DNA from: Paraspadella gotoi
Lineage: Eukaryota > Animalia > Chaetognatha
Direction: 5' to 3'
NCBI GenBank assembly: GCA_051294375.1
Contig: CM119265.1
Coordinates: forward strand, 28,426,260-28,490,259
DNA: 64,000 nt
Part shown: piece after piece, positions 47,583 to 60,205 of the stretch
Position numbering within the stretch: position 1 is the stretch's first letter
Layout: every line of letters begins with the position of its first letter
Made by a program: the position numbers and the translations under genes
Notes under the pieces: model-generated
Told to the model about the DNA's origin: nothing
Databases searched by the model: none
Seen by the model: the letters and a program-made list of their open reading frames with translations, nothing else

Positions 47583-50500
47583 TCACTTCCCCAAGAGACT
47601 CCTCCGCAGCCCAATCTCGTCTTCAACGACGGGCCACACTTTCAAAGCCGCCGCCAAATTCTTCTTCGAGGGAAATGATTCGAAGACGACGGAAGATTCC
47701 ACTTCTTTTTTCTTCAATGGAGGAGGAAGGAAGAAGACGACGCGAATCTTTCGAGAGAGGAAGAGATCGTGGATGATGGGAAAGGCCAATCTGAATAGAA
47801 CATTGAAAGAAAAGACAATGAGTAAGGCTAATCTGAATAGAAAATTGAAAGGAAAGCCAATGAGTAAGGCTAATCTGAATAGAAAATTGAAAGGAAAGCC
47901 AATGAGTAAGGCTAATCTGAATAGAAAATTGAAAGGAAAGCCAATGAGTAAGGCCTCTGAATAGAAAATGAAAGGAAAGCCATCATAAGGCCAATCTGAA
48001 TAGAAAATTGAAAGGAAAGCCAATGATTAAGGCTAATCTGAATAAAAAATTGAAAGTAAAGCCTATGAGTAAGGCCAATCTGAATTAAAAAAAATCTTAA
48101 AAGCATAAGGATCGTCGCAATCGCATAAGAAAAATATGGATTGACAACAAATTTTGATACTAAAAAAAATAAAATTTGAGAAAAGAAAATTAATTTATAA
48201 ACAGAAAGAAAAATTATATTTTATAAATTATAAATTAAAGTTACAGTTTCTGAAAAAAAAGAAAACAAATTATCAAAAAATAAATTAATCAGCAGACGCA
48301 GCCCCTGAGGAAAAAAAACCAAAAAAAAACCTGATGTTGCGATAGCAAAATGATAACATACACGAATGCGATGCTTATTTTTATGAGTTCAATCCTATTT
48401 CAATTTTTTTTTAATAAAAACGCAGAGAGAGAGAGAGAGAGAGAAAAGAAAGAATTCAAAAGGCAGCAGCAGAAGCAGCAGGAGAAAAGAGAGAAAAAGA
48501 ATAAGCCCCTGCAGAGCCAGCTGCAGACTCGTTTTTTCCTATGATTATGAATCAGTGATGAGGGAAAAGAGAGATGTAATTAAAAGAGAAAAGAGAGAGA
48601 GAAAGAAATATGAAAATAAAAGAAAAAAAATTTGTTTGTTTTGATAAAACGTAAACAAAACATATTTAATAACTGTCCAGACTCAATTTTAAGCACATCG
48701 ATGATGAGAGGCTGTATATAAATTTTCAGCTTCATAAACCCAAATTTAATCATAAAAAAGGCGATCTATAATTTGGAACGCCGACGACGACAACGACGAC
48801 GACGACGCCACTTATGGGCAAAAGCGATACAATATCGTCGCAAACGCTAAGCGATTGCGACGATAAAAAATGGAAAGAGGCAAATTATGAAGCCCAATCT
48901 GAATAGAAAATGGAGGGAAGGCTAATTATGAAGGTCAATCTGAATAGAAAATTGAAGGAAGGCTAATTAGGAAGGCCAACCTGAATAAAAAATTGAAAGG
49001 AAAGCCAATGAATAAAAAATGGAAAGAAAGGCAAATTAGAAAGGCTAATAAACAGAGAAGAAAATGATTATTTGGGGATTAGAAAAAAATTAGGAAAATA
49101 TTAGAAAAAGATTAGGAAAAAATTAGGAAAAGATTAAAAAAATATCATGAAAAGATGAGGAAAAAAATTAGGAAAAGATTAGGAAAGAATGAGGAAATGA
49201 AATGATAAAGAGAACCTTACCTTCCGCTTCTTTCTTGCAGCCGCGCCATCTTCCCTTCCTCCTCCTCCTCCTCCTCCTTCGCCTCCAAATATTCCAGCGT
49301 CAAATACACCACAGCCGCTTCCGCCGCCTCAGCCGCGTCGGCGACGGCGTCCGACGCGGCCACCCCCACCGGCCACGCGGCGCCGTTTTCCACGAGGACG
49401 TCGAGACCGCGCCGACGCAGCGGCGCCGCCACGCGGGCGTCGGCGTCGTCGACGGCGTCGTAGGAGCAGAGGACGAGTACAGCGGCGCCGGGATCTAGAT
49501 GGCGCCGGTCCAGCAGCGCCTGAAGGAGACGGAGCCGGATCCGGCGCCGATGGAGGAAGACGACGATGAGAGAGACGACGACGAAGCCGACGACGACGCC
49601 GGAAACGATGGCGCGAGGACGAGGGTCGTCGGCGGAGCGGAGAGAATAAGAGGCCAAAGGGGCTGTGGAAGGGGCGGGGGTTAAGAGGGAGGGGTAAGGA
49701 AGGTGGTGGAGGAGAGTTAGGAAGGGGTGGTGGAGGAGGGAAAGGGGGAGGAAGAAGAGGTGGAGGAAAAAGAGAAGGAGGAAAATGAGACTTAAACCTT
49801 TTATAAAGTTTTTTTTTTTTTTTTTTTTTTAGAGAAGCCTTTTTCTGACTCATGTAGTCATTTTAATAAACGCTCCTGTTTAGACTTTATATTACAGGAT
49901 TTTTACATTTTGACTATTTTGAAACAAATTATATTTAGACATTTTATACTACTTTGGGGCAAATATTCGTTTTTTTAAAGCCTAGTATTTTTTTGGGGGG
50001 GAAGCCATTTGGAGACCCTTAGAAGCTTAGATCCTTTGGCCCCAAGGACCTTAGACCCATAGAATCTTAGACCCATATGAGCCTAGAGCCTGATACCATT
50101 AGAGCCTAAGAGCATTAGACTATTAGATCCTGAGAACCTTAAAACCCCTTAGTCCCTTAGACCCTGAAGCCTTAGACCATTGAGCCTTAAACCCTTTGCC
50201 CTCTCACCTTTCCATCCATTCCCCGTTCTTCCTAAGTCGACAATCCATTTCCCCTTCGATAGAATCTTCGCTCCAGTCTATCTCGTAGTCATTATCGAAT
50301 CTACAGGGCGAACAGGAGCAAGAAGTGGAGCAACGCGTAGAGTTGAGATCAGAGGAAGAAGATGAAGACGACGGACGCCACCACCAGTGAAGGCAGCAGC
50401 GGCCGCTGCGGGGACAGGAGGCGGAGCAGGTGAGCCGCTCTGCCGCGCCGGGATGCAGGGCCAAGCGGCGGCGGCGTTGAGGCTGCAGGAAAGTATTTTT

Positions 50501-53500
50501 ATGTTTTTTTTTTTTTTTTATTTTCATGATTTATTTGCTAAATCATTTCCGCATCGCTCTAATCAGCTTCTTATTTCATCACTGACCCCATCACTCACCC
50601 ACTTACCTGCACCCCATCTCCTCCTTTAGGGCAGCAAGCCCCCTTCACTCCATCAATGCAGATAACGAACGAGGCCTCCCTTTCTCCAGCACGGCATTTT
50701 AGACTAAGGTGAGGGAATTGTCCGCCGAAGCAACGGGTAGGGTCGGGCCGACCGCTGCCCACGGTGAGATCGAGGTAAGGCGATCCTTGGTGAGAATAGA
50801 AGCGGGTAGGGACGGATTCGAGGCTTGGGGAGTAGGAGGAAGTCGGTTGCCAAGTGGAGGGGGATGTTTCGACGAGCCACTCCACGTCGGCTGGGGGAGA
50901 GAGAGGAAAGGGGAAATCGGGGGAGAGATAAAACGGTTAAGGAAATAAAATAATTTGAGGCCAAATTAATGATAAATATCCCGGACTATAAATACTGTTA
51001 AATAGCAACATTAGGTGTAGGGAACCATAACGAGGGGGGGGGGAAATTGAACAAAAGAAACTCGTGTCTCGGCTCCGGCTCCACATCCCTGGTTCTGGAA
51101 TGTCTCGGCTCCGGCTCCACATCCCTGGTTCTGGAATGTGAATGAATACTTTTTAATTTAATTATTCATTCAATTGAAAAATAGGCTACATATCTCGACT
51201 TTCTTTTGAAAGGCTATTGTGGGTTAAGGGCTTCATGCCTCTTGCAAGATAAAGTAACTATATAACAGTACCCAGGACCCAGGAATAATAAAGTCGAGTT
51301 TATCAACTCCCAGAGCGCCTGTCTTTCTTATCAAGAAGTGGCAAAATACTGGCCTTATTTTCGCGGAACACCCAATTTCATCTTAATTTTTTTTAATGAA
51401 AGATTAAATTGGAAGTAAAGGTTAAATATTAAGTTAATGATTAATAATAATAATTTGGTTAATGATTATTAGGATGAAGTGAAAGTTTGGAATCAAAATT
51501 TAGCAGTTATATCTTGAAAACTATCATATTAATGAATAGTAATCTATAGTTATTTTTCTTTTTTCACAAATATAATAGCCCAGTCAGTTTATTTTGTATA
51601 TACAATGTCAAAATTAAAATTTTTTTTAATTATGAGAAACTGATTCAGATTCCTCGTTAAAAGTTAATAAAACAAAATAATAAAATTATAAAAAACTATA
51701 TTTTTAAGCTAGAAATTGAAAATTGGCATTTTAAATATAGTTTTTTTACATTTTTAGCCTAGTTAATGAAAGAATTTAAAAAAAATTATAATTTCAAAAA
51801 AATTCAAATTCGATCTTAAAATTTAAAAATTCGCAACTTAAAATTTTAGCCTATTATATATTTATTATTATATATAAATATAGCTCACTGGTGCCCACTA
51901 ATGTACAAAATTAAAAAATAAATTTACCAAAATATTTTTTATTGGTTTTTATTTTCATAATTTATATGCTAAATTTTAATTTTCTAAAATTTTATCATTT
52001 TCACATCACTCTAATGATTAGAGTTAAAGATGAAAGCTAGAGATTAGGAATAAGGGTTTAGGATTATATTAGGGTTTAAGATTAGAGTTCCGATAACCGT
52101 TAACTGGTAACGGTTATTAACGGTTAAAAATAATTTTAACTTAACCGTTAATATATTTATTTTAATGGTTAAATTCGGTTAATTTTCAAATGTGATTTTT
52201 TAGTACGAAATCTTTAAATTTAAAAAAAAAACTATTTTTTTCCTATCCTCTCTTATTTTCCTCTCCCCTTCTCACCATATTTTTACCCCTCTCTCTCTTC
52301 TCCACTTTTTCTCTGCTTTTTTCCTTTGTTATTTTCTTCTTTTTTTTCTATCCTAATCTCTCTCTTATTCTTTCTTCCCCTTTATTTAACTCCTCCCGTT
52401 TCTTTCTTTTTCTTTCTCACTTTTCCCCTTTTTCTTTTCCTCTTTCTTTTCTCTCCTTTTTTCTCCCTTTTATTTTACCCTTTTCCTTTTTTTCGCCCTC
52501 CCATATAATAATAAATAATCAAGTTAGCTAAAAATAAATAATCCCTCTTATTTGACTTTTTTTCTCTTTTTCTTTCCCTTTTAAAATTAACAAAGAAGCA
52601 AATGAAATGAAACCGAATGAATGAAAAAAAATTAATAAAAAACCAAATACAAAAAATTATTATAAAAAATTTAAAAATTGATAATAGAAGAAACGAATCT
52701 TAAAAAAGACATTAAGGCTAACTAAAACTTTCCTTCAATAATGATGATATACTTTTTAATTAACTGAAAAATATATTTATTAATCAATAAATCTTTTGAT
52801 CAATCGATAAATCAATCAGTCTATCAATAAATTAAAATTCATATTTATGGTCAAAGACCATTGGTCATTAAAGTGTAGTAAAATTTCTAAATTTAAATTT
52901 AATTAAAATTCTAAAAGTGAGGAACGAACAATATTATACTAATGAACATTTATGTAATAAAAACAAGTTTGAGCAAACAATGTCGGATCTACCCACGATC
53001 ATTATCGGTAATAATTAATTATTAATTAATTAATAATTAATTCAAGTTAATTAATTATTTAATTAATTAATAATTAATTTATTCAAGTTAATTATTTAAT
53101 TAATTAGGCAATTAATTAATTAATTAATTTGATCAGAAATGTTTGTTTTGATTGATTAATTGTTTAATTAATTATTGATTAATTAATTAAATAATTAACT
53201 TGAATAAATTAATTATTAATTAATTAAATAATTAATTAACTTGAATTAAGTATTAATTAATTAATTGACTAATTGATTAATTAACTGATTAATTATTTGA
53301 TTAATTAATACATCTTGCATTTACATTTAAAATAAAAGAAAAAAGAAGCATAATCAATTAGTGAAATAGGTTCTTTGTATTTTCCATTTAAACTCATTTC
53401 CACTCAAACGATTCCATCGAAACTTGATTTCCAGTTTAATCACACACTTTTCTACCCAAATATTAAAGTTCAAATAGTGAAATTTATTTTTTTATTTTTT

Positions 53501-56500
53501 TTCAATTTAAACTCATTTCTACTTGACGATTCCATCGAAACTTAATATACAGCTCAATCACACACTTCTCTACCCACACACAAAATTTCATTCCAATCCA
53601 TCCTTTCAATCACGAGTAATTGGTGTTTTTTGCTAAGGTGGGATGGACGGACGGACAGACGGACGGACGGACAGACAGACAGACGGACATCTTTTTTTTG
53701 CATAATTAATCATAATTCGATGTTCTGACATGATATAAGTGACTGCCCGACAATATTGAGGGAGCGGACCGACAAAGTGAATTATAGAGTCGGGATCTGC
53801 TGAAAGCAGATCCGACTAAAAATATGAGTCATGCAGAGGCAGCCAGAAAAAAGAAAGATATCAAAAGGCAGCAGCAGAAGCAGCAGGAGAAAAGAGAGAA
53901 AAAGAAAAAGTCCCTGCAGAGCCAGCTGCAGGCTCGTTTTTTTCCCGATGAATCAGCACTAAAAATGATCATAAAAATGATGCAAGTAAAAAAAATGATG
54001 CAAGTTAAAAAAATGATGCAAATTGAAAAAATTATGTGAGTTGAAAAAATTATGTGAGTTGAAAAAATTAAGTGAGTGGAAAAAATGATGCGAATTGAAA
54101 AAATGATGCGAGTTAAAAAACATTTTAAAAAAAATTGTGATTTATCATCTGATTATCTGATTAATTATCATAGGCAGATCCGACATTGTTTGCTCAAACT
54201 TGTTGAAAAAAATGTTTACTTTATTTTACGAGCAATTCTAATACGGTCTTAAAATTTAATAACAAATTAATTTCAATTCATTACAATATATAAATATAGC
54301 TTAAAGGTTTCAAGTAATGTATAAAATTATAAAAAAAATCACAAGCTATTTTAAGACACTTTAATTGTACTTAGGCTAAAAGGGCAAAATAGGCAATTTT
54401 TTTTTCTTGTAATCTTGTAATTCACAGAAACTGATGATGTTACATTCTTGTTAATTTTAATTTTTTTTCTTATATTTTGTATTTCATGTATTTATCTGTA
54501 ATTTAATTTGTTTTTGTTTAAAGAAAAAACAAAAACTGAGTTGTAATTGAAAATATGCTTGTTTTTATTTAATGAAAATATTTTTCTAATGAACGATTAT
54601 TAATTATATTACATTTATAAAATATAGTCTCGTCTCTTACACTTGGATGGAACTTTCACGTCTTCCAGACCATTCTTGCTAGATTAACCCAGTTTGCCCG
54701 CAACCTCCGCCACCAACGCAGCGAACTGATGCCGATGCTGTGTTCGTCCAAGACTCGACAGCTGCTAATTAAAGTTTTAAACATTAGGACACCCCAGAGA
54801 GACCGGTGAACAGCTTCGTGATCGTAATAGAGCTGTGGATGCCTAAGCTAGCGCTGGAAATGTCATCCAGTTTTGGTCTGAGACGACAACGATGACAATG
54901 TCTTTGATGGAGAGCATTGTCTAGTCATCGTCTCTGCAGGGTTTGAACCCTCTTTCTTTCCTCCACTCTTGGGTGACTAGCCATCTCGTATAATGAGACA
55001 TATATCTTCGAGAGTTTAATATTTTTATGAACTTAAAATAATTGATAATCAATGTAAATAAAAGATTTTTCATAGAGATTCGATCTCGGGAGTTTCGGCC
55101 CACATCAATTTGCTTAGTGGAAGGCGCCACTCTGTTTCACAACATTTATATATTCACTTTTACAATTTATCTATTGTAGTATGTCAATAACATTTTTAAA
55201 ACAAAAGACACTATAACACATAGTTTAATAGGTGTCATCACTAGTTCTATTATGTTCATTATTGTTATCTACATTTCCATTGTTAAGTCTTTAACCTTCA
55301 CAAAGTATTTCTCTTAATGTCATTTATGTTTACTACTTCATTTGTTGATATTTATTGATTTCGTTAATGTTTATTTGTATTAATGTTACTGTTTACAATA
55401 TTGTGTAATATAGATATTTTGATTGCTTGTCGGTAAAAGCAGCCAGAATATCTATATGCTTTGATTATTTTATTAAGGCCTGTTTTCAGGAATGAACAAA
55501 TGAAACTTTTGTTCCGGAGAATATTTTATTATTCATACGAACTTTGGAGTCAAATCGTTTTAGCCACATTGGTGAAACCGACGCAGAACTGTAACGCCTC
55601 CATCATTCCGCGAGGCGTCACCCAACCTCTCGACGAAAAGCCAATGAAACCGGACCTCTAAGCTTTTGATAAAGAAAATATCGAGATCTGGATTCGGCGA
55701 GTCGAATCCGCATATACTCGCGCAAGAGTAGTCAACGCCAAAGACAAGTTTGCCTTTTTGGAGGCCAAGATCCCCGTCGACACGAATCCCCGCATCAACG
55801 AGCCTACTGCCGGCAATTGTACTCTCTTCCTCGAATATTTGCGCCGCGCTTACGGCCTTACGAATCCCCGACAAGCTAAGTTACTCCTCGACAGGAAGGT
55901 CAACGAAAAGTCGACGACCGTCTTTATAGACGACATTCGCAAAGAACTGGTTCTCAGTGAGCTCCCTCGAGACATCCGGACCAATCTCATCGACCGCGCT
56001 GAAACGGCAACCGCGGCCGAGTTAGCCAAGGCGGCCGACAAGCACTTCGACGCCAAACGTCAAACGAGCGCCGCCCCTCAACATGATCGTCGACGACGCC
56101 GTCTCCGACAATTCCAGCGACGACGATCACATCTATCCGATCAGCGCCGTCAACAGGCGCCACGACCATCGCCCAAAGCCTCACCAAAAGCAAAGCCGCC
56201 CTCATGACACCTCCAACGCCTCGTCAAGCAGATCAAGTGGCGNNNNNNNNNNGGACCTGGCTGATCGATGGAGGAGCTCTCACTAATTCCTCCAACTCCG
56301 AAGCGCGTCGCCGGCAAACGGTCCTCAGCTTCAGGCGGCGAACGGCACGCCCATCGCCTGCTACGGAACGGCACATAAGCGGATCAATTTGGGCCCAAGA
56401 TTGTTCCCATTTTAATTGCTTATCGCGGACGTCACCCAGAGCTGATTTCTTGGCGGAGTTTTTCTTGGCCGCCAATCACCGCGAAAGGAATTCTTTTGGA

Positions 56501-58850
56501 TTTTTCAACAATCACCTGCGCCCGCTCGTTCGTCAAGACGGTGGCACACGTCAATTTTGTCGATCAATCCGACAAATATTATCAACTGCTAGACAAATTT
56601 TCAACCGTGCTCACGCCGACATTTGAAATTCGAGAGCCCAAACACGGCGTCCGCCATTTTATCCCAACACAAGGTCGCCCTTGTCAAGCTCGGGCGAGAC
56701 GGCTCTCCCCAGAGAAACTGGCGGTTGCGAAGGCAGAACTAGATAAGATGGTGGAATTGGGCGTCGCACTACGAGCAAAAAGCCCATGGTCATCCCCACT
56801 CCACTTCTCTTAACCTTATCTGACCGATTCTTTGGACTCTCTGGTCACCTTTGGCTTCCTTTGGGCCCGATAACTAATAACAGATAGAGAGAAACTTTTA
56901 AAAATTGACATAAATGTGTCTTTTGGTTTTCTTTTTTAAACTCTTTTTTTATTCCTACAATTCCATCAAAAACTTATATCCAGCTTAATCTCATTGTTTC
57001 TACCCACACACAAAATTTCATTTCAATTTATTTATCCAATTTTTAATCAATATAATAATTATTGATTGATTAATTAACTGATTAATTATTTGATTAATTA
57101 TTATATTATTATTATATATATTATTATATTATCATGCATTTTCATTTAATATAAAAATAAAAAGAAGCATAATCTGTTAAAGATTTCTTGCCTCGTTTAC
57201 TCATTTTCCGCCATTTTTAGGCCAATTCATTTTACGGTCATATTTTCGCGGGATTAACAATAATCAATTTCATAGTTAATGAAATAAAGAAGATGATCGA
57301 ACCGCGGGCGTGAAGACAAATCAAAGGAAAAAATCTTCGCATAATCAATTAGTGAAACAGATATTTTGTTTTTTCCATTTAAATTCATTTCCACTAAGAC
57401 GATTCCATCGAAACTTGATTTCCAGCTTAATCACACACTTTCATACCCACATACAAAATTTTAAGTTCATTGTCCCATCCACTCATGAGTAATTGGTGTT
57501 CAAATAGTTTAAACACTTTTTCACTCGCACGATTTCATCAAAACTTCATATCTAGCTCAATCACACACTTCCCTACACACACACAAAATTTCATTCCAAT
57601 CCATCCATCCAATCACGAGTAATTGGAGTCTTTTGCTAAGGTGGTACGGACGAACGGACGGACAGACAGACAGACAGACAGACATCGTTCTTTTTTTCAT
57701 AATTTATCATGGTAATTATCCTTTCTTTTTCGTTGTTTGAGAGATTAACAAAGTTTGATTTTATTTTTGCAACGAATTTTATTTTACAAGAGCAGACATG
57801 TTTCGGCTCACAATACGTGCCTTCATCAGCGCATAATTTATCATAATTCGATATTCTGACATGATATATGTAGTTAGCACACAATATTGAGAGGGCGGAC
57901 CGACGGACCGACAAAGTGAATTATAGAGTCGGGATCTGCTTATAAGCAGATCCGACTAAAAATTATAATAAATTTTACAATTTACGCAGTCGGCCATATT
58001 TATACTAGTACTAAACCAATAAATGTTAAAATTTTAAAACAGTTTTTACTAAGATTTTTTTGCAGATTCGGATTCGTAATAAAAAGTTGATAAAAAGAAA
58101 TATAACTCTTTTTGAAAAATTCCTTCATTAAGTGGGTCAAAAATTAAAAAAAAGCTATATTTTAATGAAAGAATTTTAAAAATGATTTATATTTTCTTTT
58201 ATCAACTTTTGACGAGGAATTCAAATCTGCAATCAAAATTAAGAAAAGGCTATTTTGAAATTTTTAGAATTAGAATTCGATGGTATCCTTTTGTTTCGTT
58301 GTGTTTTGAAATTAGCAAAATATTTGTTTTTTTACAACAACAATTTTATTTGACGTAAAAAAACAGACATGTTTCGATTCTGTTTCGAATCTTCATCAGC
58401 GCATTCAGGAGCCAGAGTTAAAGAGAAAATACCATTAAATGCTTTTGTTTGTTTTAAATCTTAATATTTTAAATTTAAAGTTAAATTATAAAATTAACCG
58501 ATCTTAATGGTTAACCATTAAAATATTAGTTTTAACGGTTAGGCGAATTTCCTAAAAAATTAACGGTTATCGGAACTCTATTTAAGATTAATATTTAAAA
58601 TTAAGGTTTAAAATTATATTCTAAATTTAAAAAATATATTTAAATAAAATATTAAAATTAAAATTAAATTCCCGTATAAAGTAATCAAAATAGGGCGCTT
58701 TTGTAAAAGAGAGCCCATGTCTCACTCTTACTCACCGGATCTTCTTTCGAACATTGGACATATCACAGTTCGATTCGTACAAAACGTGAGACTCAAAATT
58801 TTTGCGTCGGACGAAAACAAGAGTAGAAGAAAACAAAAGGCAATCAACAT
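47583..58850 (-). CDS. Single-pass receptor with signal peptide, Ig-like ectodomain, TM and divergent TIR-like domain (exons 58850-58736, 51381-51272, 50482-50208, 49662-49221, 47790-47583)
   Basis: MLIAFCFLLLLFSSDA signal; LTCSA..C.HW..EGEMDCRL Ig-like pattern; TM AIVSGVVVGFVVVSLIVVFL; VLVLCSY..LRRRGLDV..WPVG..DAVADAAE..AVVYLTLEYL fits the TIR pattern; three of four junctions are in phase, the 50208/49662 junction is off by 1 nt. Confidence 0.65.
47783..48085. repeat. 39-bp minisatellite built from a splice acceptor; looser copies at 48885-49050
   Basis: Unit AGGCTAATCTGAATAGAAAATTGAAAGGAAAGCCAATGAGT; reverse complement contains TTTTCTATTCAG|ATT. Confidence 0.85.
52962..54204. mobile_element. 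Helentron/DINE-like repeat block bounded by ~30-bp inverted repeats
   Basis: AACAAGTTTGAGCAAACAATGTCGGATCT at 52962 and its reverse complement ending 54204; internal (GGAC/AGAC)n and hairpin AGTCGGGATCTGC-tgaaa-GCAGATCCGACT at ~53788-53817. Confidence 0.6.
55570..56813 (+). mobile_element. Ty3/Gypsy (CsRn1-like) LTR retrotransposon remnant: PBS, gag, protease and RT start
   Basis: CACA-T-TGGTGAAACCGACG (tRNA-Trp-like PBS); FDKENIEIWIRRVESAY gag; WLIDGGA protease; HGVRHFIPTQGRP..RRLSPEKLAVAKAELDKMVELG..SPWSSPLH RT; frameshifted and truncated. Confidence 0.9.
57340..57960. repeat. Second Helentron/DINE-like copy with 3' hairpin
   Basis: Homologous to 53350-53820; ends AGTCGGGATCTGCTTATAAGCAGATCCGACTAAAAA. 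Confidence 0.65.
57792..57832 (-). ncRNA. Minimal type I hammerhead ribozyme (Penelope-like/retrozyme type)
   Basis: Reverse complement GCG-CTGATGA-A-GGC-acgtattgtga-GCC-GAAA-CATGTC-TGC: full core, stem II, palindromic stem III, GUC site. Confidence 0.75.
58363..58402 (-). ncRNA. Minimal type I hammerhead ribozyme, second copy
   Basis: Reverse complement GCG-CTGATGA-A-GATTC-gaaaca-GAATC-GAAA-CATGTC-TGT. Confidence 0.78.
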
Positions 58851-59545
58851 CTGAAAAGAGAGAAAGAATTGAGAGATGAGAAAAAACAAAAGGCAATCAA
58901 CATCTGAAAAGAGAGAAAGAATTTAGACATTAGAAAAAACAAAAGACAATCAACATCTGAAAAAAGAGAAAGAAATTTAGAGATGAGAAAAAACAAAAGG
59001 CAATCAACATCTGAAAAGAGAGAAAGAATTTAGACATTAGAAAAACAAAAGACAATCAACATCTGAAAAGAGAGAAAAAATTTAGAGATGAGAAAAACAA
59101 AAGGCAAACAACATCTGAAAAGAGAGAAAGAATTTAGACATTAGAAAAAACAAAAGACAATCAACATCTGAAAAGAGAGAAAGAATTGAGAGATGAGAAA
59201 AAACAAAAGGCAATCAACATCTGAAAGAGAGAAAGAATTTAGACATTAGAAAAACAAAAGACAATCAACATCTAAAAAAAGAGAAAGAATTTAGAGATGA
59301 GAAAAAACAAAAGGCAATCAACATCTGAAAAGAGAGAAAGAATTTAGACATTAGAAAAAACAAAAGACAATCAACATCTGAAAAGAGAGAAAAAATTTAG
59401 AGATGAGAAAAAACAAAAGGCAAACAACATCTGAAAAGAGAGAAAGAATTTAGACATTAGAAAAAACAAAAGACAATCAACATCTGAAAAGAGAGAAAGA
59501 ATTGAGAGATGAGAAAAAACAAAAGGCAATCAACATCTGAAAAAA
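58829..59545. repeat. ~51-bp minisatellite (alternating dimer, ~14 units) built from the acceptor and start codon of the TIR receptor
   Basis: Unit AAAACAAAAGGCAATCAACATCTGAAAAGAGAGAAAGAATTTAGA(CATT/GATG)AG; reverse complement TTTTCAG|ATGTTGATTG. Confidence 0.9.
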
Positions 59546-60049
59546 ATAATAGGGGAAAAGAGGAGATGGGGAGAGAATATTAAACAATTACCGACGAGAA
59601 TGCAGATAAAATTTTAAAAAATAATTATACGTAATAAATTTAAAAAAAATAAATTAATGAAATAAAATATACAAAATACAGATGAAACGATTTCAAATTA
59701 CTAAACACTAAACTTGTTTTAAATTAAAGCCGAATATTGATTCAACAAAAACTTAAGATAATTGAATATTTAAATTCCTGGAGATCAATGCCCTCTGGAG
59801 GCTTATGGGAAAACGAAGAGCAAGGTTTTTCTTAAAAAAGTAACGGAAAAAAGAAGAGGAACGAAATGGAACTGAAGAGGATAACGTTTTGGGAAAAAAA
59901 AATAAAGGAATTAGGATATCATAATTTTTCTTTTAATATTTTTTATTTTTGTTATATGAAATTGGTACAACCAATATATATTTGGGTAAAAATTAAGGTT
60001 ACAATAAATTATGGTTAAGAATAAATTAAGAATAAGTGTAAGTTAACTA

Positions 60050-60205
60050 GAAAAATAAGTTAAGGTTAAAAATAAGTTAGGGGTAAGTTAGAGTGAAGGG
60101 TAAGTTAGGGGTAAGGGTAAGTTAGGGGTAAAGGTAAGTTTGGATTAGGGGTAAGTTTGGGTTAACGGTAAGTTTGGGTTAGGGGTAAGTTAGGGGTAAA
60201 TTAGA
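60050..60205. repeat. Degenerate TTAGGGGTAAG low-complexity array
   Basis: Irregular GGGGTAAGTTA units. Confidence 0.6.

Larger units (their letters stand above)
52083..58580 (-). mobile_element. Defective hAT transposon (~6.5 kb) with nested insertions, inside intron 1 of the TIR receptor
   Basis: TIR TAGAGTTCCGATAACCGTTAA at both ends; exact 8-bp TSD TTTAAGAT; minus-strand remnant SSLRWWRRLRANWVNLARM..VPS at ~54640-54765 resembles the hAT C-terminal dimerisation motif. Confidence 0.88.

Noticed and set aside
47791-48106. ORFs 47583-48023 (N-part), 47773-47964 and 47912-48106
   Set aside because: Produced by the 39-bp minisatellite; only 47790-47583 looks like a real exon
54630-54940. Extra Ig exons of the TIR receptor
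   Set aside because: Stops in all frames; lies inside the hAT TIR/TSD boundaries; the LRWW..W.NLARM motif fits a hAT transposase remnant better
58829-59545. CRISPR-like array (also 19877-20003)
   Set aside because: No unique spacers, eukaryotic context, no cas genes; ordinary tandem repeats
60050-60205. Interstitial telomere
   Set aside because: Units are irregular and not tandem TTAGGG or TTAGG
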